From the NCBI GenBank assembly GCA_029261065.1, contig JAJDCB010000013.1:9868-73867 (forward strand): a DNA stretch of 64,000 nt, in the 5' to 3' direction. Made by a program: the position numbers and the translations under genes. This document shows, piece by piece, positions 38,162 to 48,585 of this stretch. Numbering within the stretch: position 1 is the first letter of the stretch; each line of letters opens with the position of its first letter. The stretch comes from Candidatus Omnitrophota bacterium (GTDB lineage Bacteria > Omnitrophota > Gorgyraeia > Zapsychrales > Zapsychraceae). The notes under the pieces are model-generated. The model searched no databases and had not been told where the DNA came from. It saw nothing but the letters and a program-made list of their open reading frames with translations.

Positions 38162-38527
38162 TTATTCTTCGACAACATCAAGCAGAACATTATGAATGGG
38201 ACACATTTCTAAATGTGCTGCGTAACGATTTCCCGTCTTAGGACAATATTTAACAACGATCTTAGTGGTATCAAGGGACTCGGAAATAACACCTATCGCA
38301 CTTTGAGCCTCCTTATCATGAAGAATTTGTTTTCTTAATTCCTTACGCTCTTCTTCAGTTAAAGGCTTTCCACTAAGAGCCTCGGCAACATCTCCTAAGG
38401 CTTTTTCAACATCTCGAGAAGTTTCTTTGTTTGTATTATTTGATTGTCTTATGGGTATTGTTTGACAACCGGCAAGAAAAAAAACAAAACATAAGTAGAT
38501 TGTGGGGAATGGACGATTCATAAGCAA
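38162..38527 (-). CDS. Hypothetical lipoprotein with a C-terminal CPxxG...CPxH motif
   Basis: Lipobox FLAGC; KYCPKTGNRY......CPIH.V.L. Confidence 0.78.
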   Translation of the reverse strand: MLMNRPFPTIYLCFVFFLAGCQTIPIRQSNNTNKETSRDVEKALGDVAEALSGKPLTEEERKELRKQILHDKEAQSAIGVISESLDTTKIVVKYCPKTGNRYAAHLEMCPIHNVLLDVVEE

Positions 38528-38533
38528 AAGGCT

Positions 38534-39106
38534 TTATTTTAAAAATCTGGCGCGCTTAAACGGCCAATAAATAAACTCAGCACGCCCTATAACATTTTCC
38601 TCAGGAACAAAACCCCATACACGACTATCTGAACTTGATCCACTGTTATCGCCTAATACAAAATAATAACCAACAGGGACATCAACCACCTGATCCTCTT
38701 GACCATATCGACTTTGATTAAAATAATAAATATTTTTAATTGTAGGATCCGTGACAAGCTCATCGTTTATATAAACATCTCCGTCGCGAATTTCAACCCT
38801 GTCTCCCCCCAAAGCAATCAAACGTTTGATAAAGTCTCTTTTTTCATTTTCAGGATATTTAAAAACAATAATATCCCCTCGCTCAGGCGACCTAAATCCA
38901 TTGATACGTTTCTCTGTAAAAGGAATCTTTGGGCCAAATCGTGTTTTATTAACCATCAAACGATCCCCCACTTTTAGGGTTGGGATCATCGAGCCACTTG
39001 GAATCTTAAAAGCTTGAATAAAGAAGGTTCGAATAAACATTGCCAAAATAAAGGCAATAACGATCGACTCGACCCACTCACGTGTTGCTGATTTTTTAAA
39101 AGCCAT
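38534..39106 (-). CDS. lepB: Signal peptidase I
   Basis: IPSGSM.PTL..GD, IKR and GDN...S.DSR.WG; follows lepA. Confidence 0.97.
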   Translation of the reverse strand: MAFKKSATREWVESIVIAFILAMFIRTFFIQAFKIPSGSMIPTLKVGDRLMVNKTRFGPKIPFTEKRINGFRSPERGDIIVFKYPENEKRDFIKRLIALGGDRVEIRDGDVYINDELVTDPTIKNIYYFNQSRYGQEDQVVDVPVGYYFVLGDNSGSSSDSRVWGFVPEENVIGRAEFIYWPFKRARFLK

Positions 39107-39107
39107 A

Positions 39108-40898
39108 CTATAATTTTAACGCCGCAGAAAAAGCTTCTTGTGGAATTTCTACATTTCCAATCTGCTTCAGACGTTTTTTTCCTTCTTTTTGTCTTTCCCA
39201 AAGTTTTCGTTTTCGACTAATATCTCCCCCATAACACTTCGCTGTGACATTTTTTCCAGCAGACTTAACTCTTGCACTAGAAATAATACGTCCATCACAT
39301 GTCGCCTGCACACGCACCTCAAATAATTGTTGAGGGATAAGCTCTTTTAATTTTGTCACAAGAGCTAAACCTTTGTTATACGCATGATCCTTATGAACCA
39401 AACAAGAGAACGCGTCACACATTTTATCGTTTATCAGTATATCCAACCTTGATATATTTGTCTCTAAGTATCCCTTAAATTTATAATCTATCGAACCGTA
39501 TCCTCGCGTGATCGATTTAACCACGTCGTTAAAATCAACAATAACCTCAGAAAGCGGCACATCAAATAATATACGCATGCGATCAGATACAAACTCACTA
39601 CTCACAAAAATGCCTCGTTTTCTTTTTGCCAACTCCATCACGCCATCCATATATTGAACGGGCGTTAAAATCGTAACGGTTAAAAAAGGTTCTTCAATTT
39701 TGGAAATCGATGAAACATCTGGCAATTGGGCAGGACATTCAAGATCAATAACATCCTCTTTTTTCGTATAAACCTTATACTGTACATTAGGAGTCGTTAA
39801 AACAAGATTAAGATTATATTCTCGCTGAAGACGCTCTTGGACGATTTCCATGTGAAGCAGTCCCAAAAAACCACACCGAAACCCATGACCAAAAGACTGT
39901 GAGGTTTCTGGTTCATACACAAGACTGGGGTCACTCAGTCTCAACTTTGCGATCGCTTCGCGAAGGGACATAAAATCTTTGGAATTAACGGGATAAATGC
40001 CACAAAAAACCAAAGGGTTAAGCGTACGATAACCTTCAAAAGGTTCCTCAGCCATCCGAGCTGAATCCGTAATAGTATCTCCCACACGGACCTCAGTTGG
40101 TTCATGAATATTGCACGTGATATAACCAACTTCACCTGCTGATAATTCTTTTCCTTGAACAGCCTCAGGTGTAAATACGCCAATCTCTTCAACCTTATGA
40201 TTCTTCTCCATATTCATCATACGAATCCCCATCCCAGCTTTCAAACACCCATCAAACACACGCACATAAATAATGATACCTTTATAGATATCATATTTCA
40301 TATCAAATATAAGAACTTTAAGAGGAGCTTCAAGATCGCCTTCTGGAGCGGGCATAAACTTTACAATCTTCTCAAACAACTCTTTAATACCAATACCTTC
40401 CTTGGCAGAGACACTTTGAATATGTTCATCATTAAATTTTAAGATTTCCATTAATTGCAACTTGGCATGATCGATATCAATGTTCGCGATATCAATTTTG
40501 TTGATAACAGGAAGAATTTCTAAATTATTTTCAATAGCCAGAAAGTTGTTAGCCACCGTTTGGGATTCAACGCCTTGGGTGACATCAACGACCAGCAACG
40601 CGCCTTCACAGGCTCGTAATGATTTTTCGACCTCGTAAGAAAAATCCACATGACCTGGCGTATCAATCAGATTAAAAATATACTTTTCTCCATCATCAGC
40701 TTTATATTCAAGACGAACAGCAGAAGCTTTAATTGTAATGCCCCGCTCGCGCTCTAAATCCATATCATCAAGCAATTGATTTTTAAATTTTCTTTCATCA
40801 ATGGCCCCTGCAAACAACAGCAGACGATCAGCAAGTGTTGATTTGCCATGATCGATGTGAGCAATAATTGAAAAATTTCTAATATGTGCTTGATCCAT
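39108..40898 (-). CDS. lepA: Translation elongation factor 4 (LepA)
   Basis: IRNFSIIAHIDHGKSTLADR, DTPGHVDF, GFRCGFLGLLHMEI and KCYGGDISRKRKL. Confidence 0.99.
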   Translation of the reverse strand: MDQAHIRNFSIIAHIDHGKSTLADRLLLFAGAIDERKFKNQLLDDMDLERERGITIKASAVRLEYKADDGEKYIFNLIDTPGHVDFSYEVEKSLRACEGALLVVDVTQGVESQTVANNFLAIENNLEILPVINKIDIANIDIDHAKLQLMEILKFNDEHIQSVSAKEGIGIKELFEKIVKFMPAPEGDLEAPLKVLIFDMKYDIYKGIIIYVRVFDGCLKAGMGIRMMNMEKNHKVEEIGVFTPEAVQGKELSAGEVGYITCNIHEPTEVRVGDTITDSARMAEEPFEGYRTLNPLVFCGIYPVNSKDFMSLREAIAKLRLSDPSLVYEPETSQSFGHGFRCGFLGLLHMEIVQERLQREYNLNLVLTTPNVQYKVYTKKEDVIDLECPAQLPDVSSISKIEEPFLTVTILTPVQYMDGVMELAKRKRGIFVSSEFVSDRMRILFDVPLSEVIVDFNDVVKSITRGYGSIDYKFKGYLETNISRLDILINDKMCDAFSCLVHKDHAYNKGLALVTKLKELIPQQLFEVRVQATCDGRIISSARVKSAGKNVTAKCYGGDISRKRKLWERQKEGKKRLKQIGNVEIPQEAFSAALKL

Positions 40899-40903
40899 AA
40901 ATT

Positions 40904-41581
40904 TTATTTATTAGTCTCATTAATATGAATTAACAATTGTTCGACGACCTCATCAGCGGACATTGATGAGGAATCGATGATAATAGCATCCTCTGCTTTT
41001 TTTAAAGGTCCAACCTCACGCGAGGAGTCTTTATTGTCTCGATCTTTAATATCCTTTAATAGCTCTTCTTTTTCAACAGACTTACCCTTTTCTTGAAGCT
41101 CATCATAACGCCTTTGTAAGCGCTCCTCAACCTTCGCATCCAGAAAAAACTTTTTTGTAGCATGCGGGAAAACAACAGTTGTTGTATCACGTCCCTCAGC
41201 TACAATACTTTGTTTTTTTCCGATTTCTTGTTGAGAGGAAACTAGCTCCTCTCTCACACCTTTCGTACGAGCCAAATAAAAGGCGTTGTTTGTCACTTCA
41301 ATTGAGCGAATATCTTCTGTGACATCTCGACCATCTAATAGAACCTGTAAATTACTATCCTTTTTTTCAAAGACAATCAAAGTGTTTTTTGTCATCTCTG
41401 TCAGCTGATCTTCATCTGCTAAATCTAAATGTTTCTCAAGGGCTTTAAGGGTTAAAGCTCGATACATAGCACCCGTATCTAAATAAAAAATACATAATCG
41501 ATCCGCTAGCTTTTTAGCAACGGTACTTTTTCCTGCACCCGCAGGACCATCAATGGCAATAACAATGTGGTTCTCGCTCAT
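40904..41581 (-). CDS. cmk: Cytidylate kinase
   Basis: IAIDGPAGAGKST, DTGAMYR, EGRD and RD..D..R..PL. Confidence 0.97.
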   Translation of the reverse strand: MSENHIVIAIDGPAGAGKSTVAKKLADRLCIFYLDTGAMYRALTLKALEKHLDLADEDQLTEMTKNTLIVFEKKDSNLQVLLDGRDVTEDIRSIEVTNNAFYLARTKGVREELVSSQQEIGKKQSIVAEGRDTTTVVFPHATKKFFLDAKVEERLQRRYDELQEKGKSVEKEELLKDIKDRDNKDSSREVGPLKKAEDAIIIDSSSMSADEVVEQLLIHINETNK

Positions 41582-41586
41582 AGATA

Positions 41587-42444
41587 TTAACTTTTAATCG
41601 ATTCGCGCTTTTCTTTGACTTTGGTGAAATATTGGACAAGTGCACGTTGATCTTTATTGATGATCGCTGTACGGATAACAGCCATTTGTTTGACAAATTC
41701 ATCCAAACTTTTTAAAACATTTTTCGAATTCGCTAAACAAATATCATTCCACATTTGAGGTGAGGAACCTGCAATGCGGGTTGAATCACTTAAAGAACGA
41801 GTCATATACTCTAAATCATCTTGAGGAATCGTTTCCAATAAACCAAAAGAAATGAGATGAGGAAGATGACTCATATAACCAAGAATTTCATCGTGCTCCG
41901 TTGGTGAAAGAGTTTTGACTTGAGCCCCTACGGTACTCCAAAGAAGCTTCATTTTTTCTTGAGTTGATCGCGTTGTTTTTTTGGTGGGCGTAAGAATACA
42001 CGTTGATCCTTGAAATAATTGAGCATCCGCATTTTCAACGCCTGTTTTTTCAGATCCAACTAAAGGATGAGATCCTAAAAAATTTCCCGGCATGGGTAAC
42101 ACAGCTTCAGCTTTCTCCACAATCTCTACCTTCGCGGAACCTAAGTCTGTAACAAAACATCCACGTTTAAGATAAGGTTTGATCATGGCAAACAAACTGA
42201 TAATCGAATCAACAGGCGTCGCCAACACAACTAAATCTGCATTCTTAATCGCCTTTTGGATATTTGTTTCACCGACATCAATAACTTTACATTTAATCGC
42301 ATGAACTAAAGATGATTGCTTCTGTGATAACCCTACAACTTCCTTGGCAAGCTTATGCTTTTTGATGGCTAATCCCAACGAACCACCCATAAGCCCGGTG
42401 CCAACAATCGTAACGCGTCTAAACGGTGTTGATCGTAATATCAT
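41587..42444 (-). CDS. tyrA: Prephenate/arogenate dehydrogenase
   Basis: GTGLMGGS, D.GS.K, HP..GSE, HD...SHLPH and TRIA.S.P.MW.DI. Confidence 0.93.
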   Translation of the reverse strand: MILRSTPFRRVTIVGTGLMGGSLGLAIKKHKLAKEVVGLSQKQSSLVHAIKCKVIDVGETNIQKAIKNADLVVLATPVDSIISLFAMIKPYLKRGCFVTDLGSAKVEIVEKAEAVLPMPGNFLGSHPLVGSEKTGVENADAQLFQGSTCILTPTKKTTRSTQEKMKLLWSTVGAQVKTLSPTEHDEILGYMSHLPHLISFGLLETIPQDDLEYMTRSLSDSTRIAGSSPQMWNDICLANSKNVLKSLDEFVKQMAVIRTAIINKDQRALVQYFTKVKEKRESIKS

Positions 42445-42448
42445 AAAT

Positions 42449-43465
42449 TTATATCTCCCTTGAAATGGCCTTTGCTATTGCTTTTAATTCGATCATTAAA
42501 CTTTCAAAATTTTTCGGTAGTAGCGATTGCGCACCATCAGAGAAGGCCTCTTCTGGGTTGTCATGAACTTCAACCATCAAAGCATCACAACCTGCCGCAA
42601 CGCCTGCTCTTGCGCCACTGCTGACAAGACCCCATCGTCCTGTTCCATGACTTGGATCTACAACAATGGGTAAATGAGATAGCTGTTTGACAACAGGAAC
42701 GGCATTAATATCTAATGTATTTCGCGTGCCTGTTTCAAATGTACGAATACCGCGCTCACATAACATAACATCAAAATTCCCATTGGATAAAATGTATTCC
42801 GCACACATTAACCATTCCTTATATGTTGCACTGATTCCACGCTTAAGCATAACTGGTGTTTTAGTTTTTCCAACTTCGTTTAATAAAGAAAAGTTTTGCA
42901 TATTGCGCGCACCAATTTGTAAGACATCAACATAACGACAAACCAATTCGACATCACGCGGATCCATAACTTCCGTGACTGTCGGCATTCCAAATTCTTC
43001 ACCAACATCCTTTAAATATTTTAAACCCTCTTCTCCTAGGCCTTGAAAATCATAAGGTGATGTTCTAGGCTTAAAAGCACCACCTCTTAAAATCGTACCC
43101 CCAGACTTCTTAATTTCGCGTGCAATGTTTCTTAACCCCTCATGTGTTTCAATCGAACAGGGACCTGACATCACATGCAACTTTTTCTCACCAATGGTGA
43201 CATTATGACTCAATTTTATAACCGTATTTTCTTTTTTAAATTCTCGAGAAACCAAACGGTATGGAGCTAATACAGGAATAACCTTCTCAACCCCTGGAAA
43301 AATTTCTAAAGGCGTGCCCCTTAAGACATCTTCCGGACCGATAAGACCAATGACCGTTTTCTCTACACCTCGAGAAATATTCGCCTGAAGTCCTAATTTC
43401 TCTGCTTTTTCTTGTATATGCTTAATCTGCTCTTCAGTAGCGTCAGATTTTAATATAATAATCAT
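42449..43465 (-). CDS. aroF: DAHP synthase (class I-beta, N-terminal regulatory domain)
   Basis: [47 protein letters not shown] and SDG.QSL. Confidence 0.96.
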   Translation of the reverse strand: MIIILKSDATEEQIKHIQEKAEKLGLQANISRGVEKTVIGLIGPEDVLRGTPLEIFPGVEKVIPVLAPYRLVSREFKKENTVIKLSHNVTIGEKKLHVMSGPCSIETHEGLRNIAREIKKSGGTILRGGAFKPRTSPYDFQGLGEEGLKYLKDVGEEFGMPTVTEVMDPRDVELVCRYVDVLQIGARNMQNFSLLNEVGKTKTPVMLKRGISATYKEWLMCAEYILSNGNFDVMLCERGIRTFETGTRNTLDINAVPVVKQLSHLPIVVDPSHGTGRWGLVSSGARAGVAAGCDALMVEVHDNPEEAFSDGAQSLLPKNFESLMIELKAIAKAISREI

Positions 43466-44550
43466 GTTACATCCTCCAATGCGTTAAGTAATTTCTTATT
43501 TTCCTGCTTCGTTCCTATCGTGACGCGAATATAATGATTCATCCCCCACACACTCATATCACGCACAATAATTCCTTTTTTAAGTAATAGTTTGGAAATA
43601 TCAGCAGCTTTTTGTTTCGTTTTAATTAAAATAAAATTTGTAAAACTTTCTTCATATTCAAAAGATAATTTCGTTAGGGCTTTATACAAAGTTTGCTTTT
43701 GCTCAATGTAATCCTTTAATACGGCCTTAAAATGCGCCTTATCTTTCAAACACGCTAAAGCTGCTGCCTGAGCCAAAGAATTAACATTAAAAGGTTCGCG
43801 AATTCTATCTAAAATATCAATCAACTCTTTATTGGCCATACCATAACCGATGCGCAATCCTGCTAAACCATACATTTTTGAAAACGTTCGGGTGACAATA
43901 ATATTTTTGTGTGTCTTTAAAAGAGCCAGAGAATTGACATAATCTTTTGCCGTAACAAACTCAAAATATGCCTCATCTATAAACACTAAAACGTCTTTCC
44001 TTAAACCCTTTAAAAAATTCTGAACATCAACTTCACTTAAATATGTTCCTGCTGGGTTATCTGGATTTCCTAAGAAAACAATCTTTGTTTTACTACTCAC
44101 AGCCGCTTTCATTTTCTTAAGATCATAATGAAAGCCTTGAAGTGGCACTTCCTTTATTTTGGCACCAGCAATGCGTGAGGCAATATCGTAAATAAGAAAA
44201 GAAGGTTTTGCTAATACAACCTCATCCCCCTCACCTACAAAGGCTTTAACAGCTAAAACTATAAGCTCATCAGAACCATTTCCAAAAATGAATTGATTGG
44301 AATCGAGTTTTAACCTCTTAGCTAAAGCTTCACGTAAATAATAACAATCTCCTTGCGGATATCGATTGATTATTTGTGTAGCCCTTTTGATGGCCTCGCA
44401 AACTTTTGGAGAAGGCGGGAATGGATTTTCATTAGACGCTAATTTGATAACGTTTTTTAACCCGAGTTCACGCTTTACCTCTTCTATCGGCTTTCCAGGA
44501 AGATAAGGTTTAACACTAAAAATAGTTTTCTTGGCCACTTTTTTCATCAC
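43462..44550 (-). CDS. hisC: Histidinol-phosphate/aromatic aminotransferase
   Basis: [28 protein letters not shown] and [15 protein letters not shown]. Confidence 0.95.
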   Translation of the reverse strand: MMKKVAKKTIFSVKPYLPGKPIEEVKRELGLKNVIKLASNENPFPPSPKVCEAIKRATQIINRYPQGDCYYLREALAKRLKLDSNQFIFGNGSDELIVLAVKAFVGEGDEVVLAKPSFLIYDIASRIAGAKIKEVPLQGFHYDLKKMKAAVSSKTKIVFLGNPDNPAGTYLSEVDVQNFLKGLRKDVLVFIDEAYFEFVTAKDYVNSLALLKTHKNIIVTRTFSKMYGLAGLRIGYGMANKELIDILDRIREPFNVNSLAQAAALACLKDKAHFKAVLKDYIEQKQTLYKALTKLSFEYEESFTNFILIKTKQKAADISKLLLKKGIIVRDMSVWGMNHYIRVTIGTKQENKKLLNALEDVT

Positions 44551-44573
44551 AAAAATCCATCACCACCGAGATG

Positions 44574-45662
44574 TCAATCGAGTATGGGATAAGAACCAAC
44601 AATCTTTAAGTACTTACACATCCCTTCCAACTGATCTAATGCCTTTTTTACATTCGTATCATCACGATGACCTTCGAAGTCCACAAAAAAATAATAATCC
44701 CAAGCCCTTTTTTTTGAAGGACGAGATTCAATTTTCGTTAAATTAATTTTATTCTTAGAAAATGGGGTTAGCATAGCATGCAAGGCTCCCACTTTATCTT
44801 TAATAGAAAATAGGAGAGATGTCCGATCTTTTCCTGTTGCTGGAACATCTTGATTCGAAATAACTAAAAACCGCGTCATATTATGAGCAACATCTTGAAT
44901 GTTACCTTTGATAACATTTAATCCATAAACTTGGGCTGCCATAGATGAAGCGATCGCCGCAGACGCTTTTTCTTTAACCGCTTTTTCTGCGGCGAATGTT
45001 GTTGAAGCAACATCAATTAAGCCGGCATGCCCTACATTTTTATGCAACCACTCACGACACTGTCCAAAAACTTGTGGATTAGAATAAATTTTTTTAATAC
45101 GTTTAAGCGTTGTATTAGAAAGAAGATTATGCGAAACCTTTAACAAAATTTGCGCACAAATCTTAAGATCAGAGTCGACTAATAAATCAAAGGTATGTGT
45201 CACAGCCCCTTCAACCGAATTCTCAATAGGCACAACACCGTAATCGCTCTCCCCGCGATCGACAGCTTGAAATACCTCAAGAATACTACTGCATGACGCA
45301 TAGTGCACTTGAGAACCAAACTTTTTATTAGCAGCCAAGTGTGTAAAAGAGCCTTCCGTCCCTAAATAAGCAATGTGAAGTTTTTTTTCCAATGACAAGG
45401 AGCTTGACATCACCTCACGATAAACAGCCTCAAAAGCCTCTTGTGTCATGGGGCCTTTATTCAATTGTTTGATACGTTTTAGCACCTCTTTTTCGCGATG
45501 CGGAGCATAAATGCCTTTGTTAGACTTTAATTTATTTTCGCCAATAGTCTGACTAATACATGCTCTTTCATTTAATAACGAAACAAGCGTTGTATCAATG
45601 CTATCAATTTTTTTTCTAAGACTAGTTAGATTCGTTGTCTTCTTTTTTTTCTTCGGTGTCAT
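44574..45662 (-). CDS. pheA: Chorismate mutase/prephenate dehydratase (P-protein)
   Basis: LR..ID.ID...LLNER (CM), YLG..GSF, PIENS.EG, TRF and ACT-domain LTKIESRP. Confidence 0.96.
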   Translation of the reverse strand: MTPKKKKKTTNLTSLRKKIDSIDTTLVSLLNERACISQTIGENKLKSNKGIYAPHREKEVLKRIKQLNKGPMTQEAFEAVYREVMSSSLSLEKKLHIAYLGTEGSFTHLAANKKFGSQVHYASCSSILEVFQAVDRGESDYGVVPIENSVEGAVTHTFDLLVDSDLKICAQILLKVSHNLLSNTTLKRIKKIYSNPQVFGQCREWLHKNVGHAGLIDVASTTFAAEKAVKEKASAAIASSMAAQVYGLNVIKGNIQDVAHNMTRFLVISNQDVPATGKDRTSLLFSIKDKVGALHAMLTPFSKNKINLTKIESRPSKKRAWDYYFFVDFEGHRDDTNVKKALDQLEGMCKYLKIVGSYPILD

Positions 45663-46506
45663 CGTAAGACCCTTCGGCTTCCTGCAAAAATTCCGCAGCT
45701 TTGGTTACAACAGGATTTTCTTGAGCTTCTTCCTGAGAATCAGAAGCCTCTTTTTGTTCATCTCTTTTAGGTTCAATGTCTTCTATTAGTTCAACACTTG
45801 CAACTGCTTCTTCCTGAACATCTTCGGTTTGAGTGTTTTCTGTAGGATTCAGGGCATCAGTCTCTAAATACTCTTGATTATCTTCCGCTTCCATCAGTGA
45901 AGGAAATTCTTCTAGTTTTGGCAAATCAGATAATGATTTTAATCCAAAATATTGAAGAAACTGCTTAGTTGTGCCATACATAAAAGGTTTACCCGGCACA
46001 TCTTTTCGCCCGACAACCTTAATCAAATCTTTGCTTAACAAACTTCCAGCAACACCATCAGAATTAACGCCACGAATAATTTCAATATCCGCCCGTGTTA
46101 CAGGTTGCTTATAAGCAATAATAGCCAAGCTTTCTAAAGCTGGTTTAGACAACCGTTCTTTGTGTTTCGTTTTAAAAAAATCTTTGATATATGTGGCATA
46201 GATCGAATTACTTAACATCTGATAACCACCAGCAAGTTCCAAAATTGTTAAGCCAGCACTTCGCGTTTCATAGTCTTGTTGAAGGTCTCGAATGGCAACC
46301 TTAATCTCCATACCACCAACCGTTTTTAAAATACTTCTTAACTGATCCAATGATAGCGGTCGTTCGCTTACAAATAATAACGCTTCAATGGCTCCCTTAA
46401 CACGATCATTAATGTAATCACTGTCTTTTTGAGATGTTGAGGGCTCTTGCTCAACAACCTCTTTAACCTCTTGATCAACATCTTGCTCTTTAATCGTTTC
46501 GCCCAT
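45622..46506 (-). CDS. scpB: SMC-ScpAB complex subunit ScpB
   Basis: IEALLF, LS..ALE.LAIIAYKQP.TR..IE.IRGV and G.P..YGTT..FL.YFGL..L.DLP; long acidic tails; overlaps pheA by 41 nt. Confidence 0.96.
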   Translation of the reverse strand: MGETIKEQDVDQEVKEVVEQEPSTSQKDSDYINDRVKGAIEALLFVSERPLSLDQLRSILKTVGGMEIKVAIRDLQQDYETRSAGLTILELAGGYQMLSNSIYATYIKDFFKTKHKERLSKPALESLAIIAYKQPVTRADIEIIRGVNSDGVAGSLLSKDLIKVVGRKDVPGKPFMYGTTKQFLQYFGLKSLSDLPKLEEFPSLMEAEDNQEYLETDALNPTENTQTEDVQEEAVASVELIEDIEPKRDEQKEASDSQEEAQENPVVTKAAEFLQEAEGSYDDTEEKKEDNESN

Positions 46507-46553
46507 TTACGTTCCTCACTTGTCGTTACCTTAAAATCCAGGCAACTAAGGGT

Positions 46554-47183
46554 TTAAGTACTCACTTTTTGTTTATATATTTCATTAAGAAGAGCCTCAG
46601 TCGTATCAATATCTTTTGAACGGCCTAAAGCTTTCTTGATCATATCTAAGGCTTCTTGCTTTTTATATTGCAACTGCAAAAGAACTGTTAAGGCTTCTTC
46701 TTGCCAATCCGTTTCGATATCCACTTCTACTGTTTGAGGCGTCTGATCTTGAATAAGTCCGTACTTACCAATTTTCCCCTGAAGCTTGGCTACAATCTCT
46801 TTGGCCTTTTGCATCCCAATCCCTTGAAGAGTCTTTAGAAATTTAAAATCTCCGTTATCAATGGCTTGCGAAATTTCAGAAATCGGTTTGCTTAAAGCTT
46901 TAACAGCAGCCCGAGGACCAATGCCAGACACTTTAATAAATTGCAAAAAGAAATCACGTTCTATTTCATTAACAAAACCAATCAACAAAGGGGTTCCGCT
47001 TGATTGAGATAATTGAAAGTATTGATAGGTTTTAAGATGAACAAAACCTTTTTCATCTTTTGTCTCATCAATGCGTGTCAGAACGCCTAAAGGAACGATC
47101 ACTTCATAATAAAGCCCACCAACGTTAATAACAACGCTTTGTGCTTTTTTTTCAACTAGAGAACCGGCTATCTCTACAATCAC
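46554..47183 (-). CDS. ruvA: Holliday junction branch migration protein RuvA
   Basis: G.L..K, VGG.YYE, GF...ER..F, VSGIGPR.A and GIG..KA..I...L HhH motifs; C-terminal EA...L..L.Y. Confidence 0.93.
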   Translation of the reverse strand: MIVEIAGSLVEKKAQSVVINVGGLYYEVIVPLGVLTRIDETKDEKGFVHLKTYQYFQLSQSSGTPLLIGFVNEIERDFFLQFIKVSGIGPRAAVKALSKPISEISQAIDNGDFKFLKTLQGIGMQKAKEIVAKLQGKIGKYGLIQDQTPQTVEVDIETDWQEEALTVLLQLQYKKQEALDMIKKALGRSKDIDTTEALLNEIYKQKVST

Positions 47184-47193
47184 ACACTTATCC

Positions 47194-47685
47194 CTAAATA
47201 TTTAACAAACTTGATTTATGAATGTGAGTAAAACCTAATGCCAAAGCAAGGGCATCACTGGCATCTAAAGTTAATTTCTTTTCATCAATATTAAGAGCAT
47301 TGGCCACAAGAGATCGCGTTTGTTGCTTTGTAGCATTGCCATTACCGGTGATCGCCTTTCGAATCCGCTTAACACTATGCTCGACTAAATCAATTTTCTG
47401 TTGGGCACATAACAAACAAATAACACCACGCAAATGGCCCATAATAATGCCAGTCATTGGGTGTTTAGAATGAGCGTACAATTTTTCTAAGATCAAAGCC
47501 TGAGGTTTATGCTCGTAAACTAACTCTTCTAAAATAGAATAAATTTTTTCGATGCGATATTGAATTGGATCTTTTGGTTTGGGTTCAATGGTACCGCACT
47601 CTATCAGCTTTAATTCACCTTTTTGAAAGTGAATAAACCCATAACCTGTAGCTTTCAAACCTGGATCAAGACCAAGGAGTATCAT
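47194..47685 (-). CDS. ruvC: Crossover junction endodeoxyribonuclease RuvC
   Basis: LGLDPG..TGYG, catalytic E (ILE), TGNGNA.K.Q and DASDALA.A. Confidence 0.95.
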   Translation of the reverse strand: MILLGLDPGLKATGYGFIHFQKGELKLIECGTIEPKPKDPIQYRIEKIYSILEELVYEHKPQALILEKLYAHSKHPMTGIIMGHLRGVICLLCAQQKIDLVEHSVKRIRKAITGNGNATKQQTRSLVANALNIDEKKLTLDASDALALALGFTHIHKSSLLNI

Positions 47686-47704
47686 AAATTTAAATAATTA
47701 TTCA

Positions 47705-48457
47705 TTAACCCTCTTCCATCAATTTTCCGATCTCTTCTGTCATTTCAAAGTTAGCATAAACATGCTGAACGTCTTCGTGTTCTTCTAATCCTTCAATAAG
47801 ACCAAGAAGAGACTTCGCATCGGAACCGGTCACCTTCACATAAGAACTTGGAATCATGGTCATCTCAGCTGTAGAAATTTCAATCTCTTTAGCATCGATA
47901 GCCGCCTTCACAGACATTAAATCATTGATCTCCGTTGTAATTTCATGAAAATCACCATCCGGTTCAACATTTTCAGCGCCAGCCTCTATCGCAATTTCAA
48001 AAATCTCTTCTTCGCTGATCTTATCCTTTTCGATGACAATGATGCCCTTTTTCGTAAACAAAAAAGAGGTTGCCCCGGCACCTGCCAAATTTCCATTCTT
48101 CTTTGATAAAATATTTTTAATTTCAGCTGTTGAACGATTTTTATTATCGGTTAAACCCGTAATAAGCATCGCAACTCCGCCTGGACCATACGCATCAAAT
48201 GTGACCTCTTCATATGTGACACCAGGAAGTTCTCCCGTTCCTTTTTTTACAGCATTATCAATTTTGTCCTTAGGCATATTAATACCTTTGGCTCGATCAA
48301 TCGCATTGCGTAAGTTGACATTGGTATCAGGATCTCCCCCACCCGCTTTGGCTATCGCAGAAATCTCTTTCGACATTTTTGAAAACGCAGCTCCTCGCTT
48401 AGCATCAGCTGCCCCTTTTTTATGTTTAATACTTGCCCATTTAGAATGTCCCGACAT
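47705..48457 (-). CDS. yebC: YebC/PmpR family protein
   Basis: MSGHSKW..IKHKK...DAKRG, GG.DP..N..LR, YGPGG, TDN.NR and DVQ.VYAN; SD AGGAGG. Confidence 0.97.
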   Translation of the reverse strand: MSGHSKWASIKHKKGAADAKRGAAFSKMSKEISAIAKAGGGDPDTNVNLRNAIDRAKGINMPKDKIDNAVKKGTGELPGVTYEEVTFDAYGPGGVAMLITGLTDNKNRSTAEIKNILSKKNGNLAGAGATSFLFTKKGIIVIEKDKISEEEIFEIAIEAGAENVEPDGDFHEITTEINDLMSVKAAIDAKEIEISTAEMTMIPSSYVKVTGSDAKSLLGLIEGLEEHEDVQHVYANFEMTEEIGKLMEEG

Positions 48458-48541
48458 TTTTTTATCCTCCTAAATAACTATAATTAATCGCTTCTTACTC
48501 TAACGTTCGTTGGAATGATCACCAACGTATTTAAATAATGA

Positions 48542-48585
48542 GAAGTTATCTGGAAATAAATTTTCATTTATTTCCAGATAACTTC
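48542..48585 (-). terminator. Perfect 20-bp hairpin immediately 3' of rnpB (terminator or processing stem)
   Basis: GAAGTTATCTGGAAATAAAT-tttc-ATTTATTTCCAGATAACTTC; only a weak U-tract follows. Confidence 0.55.
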
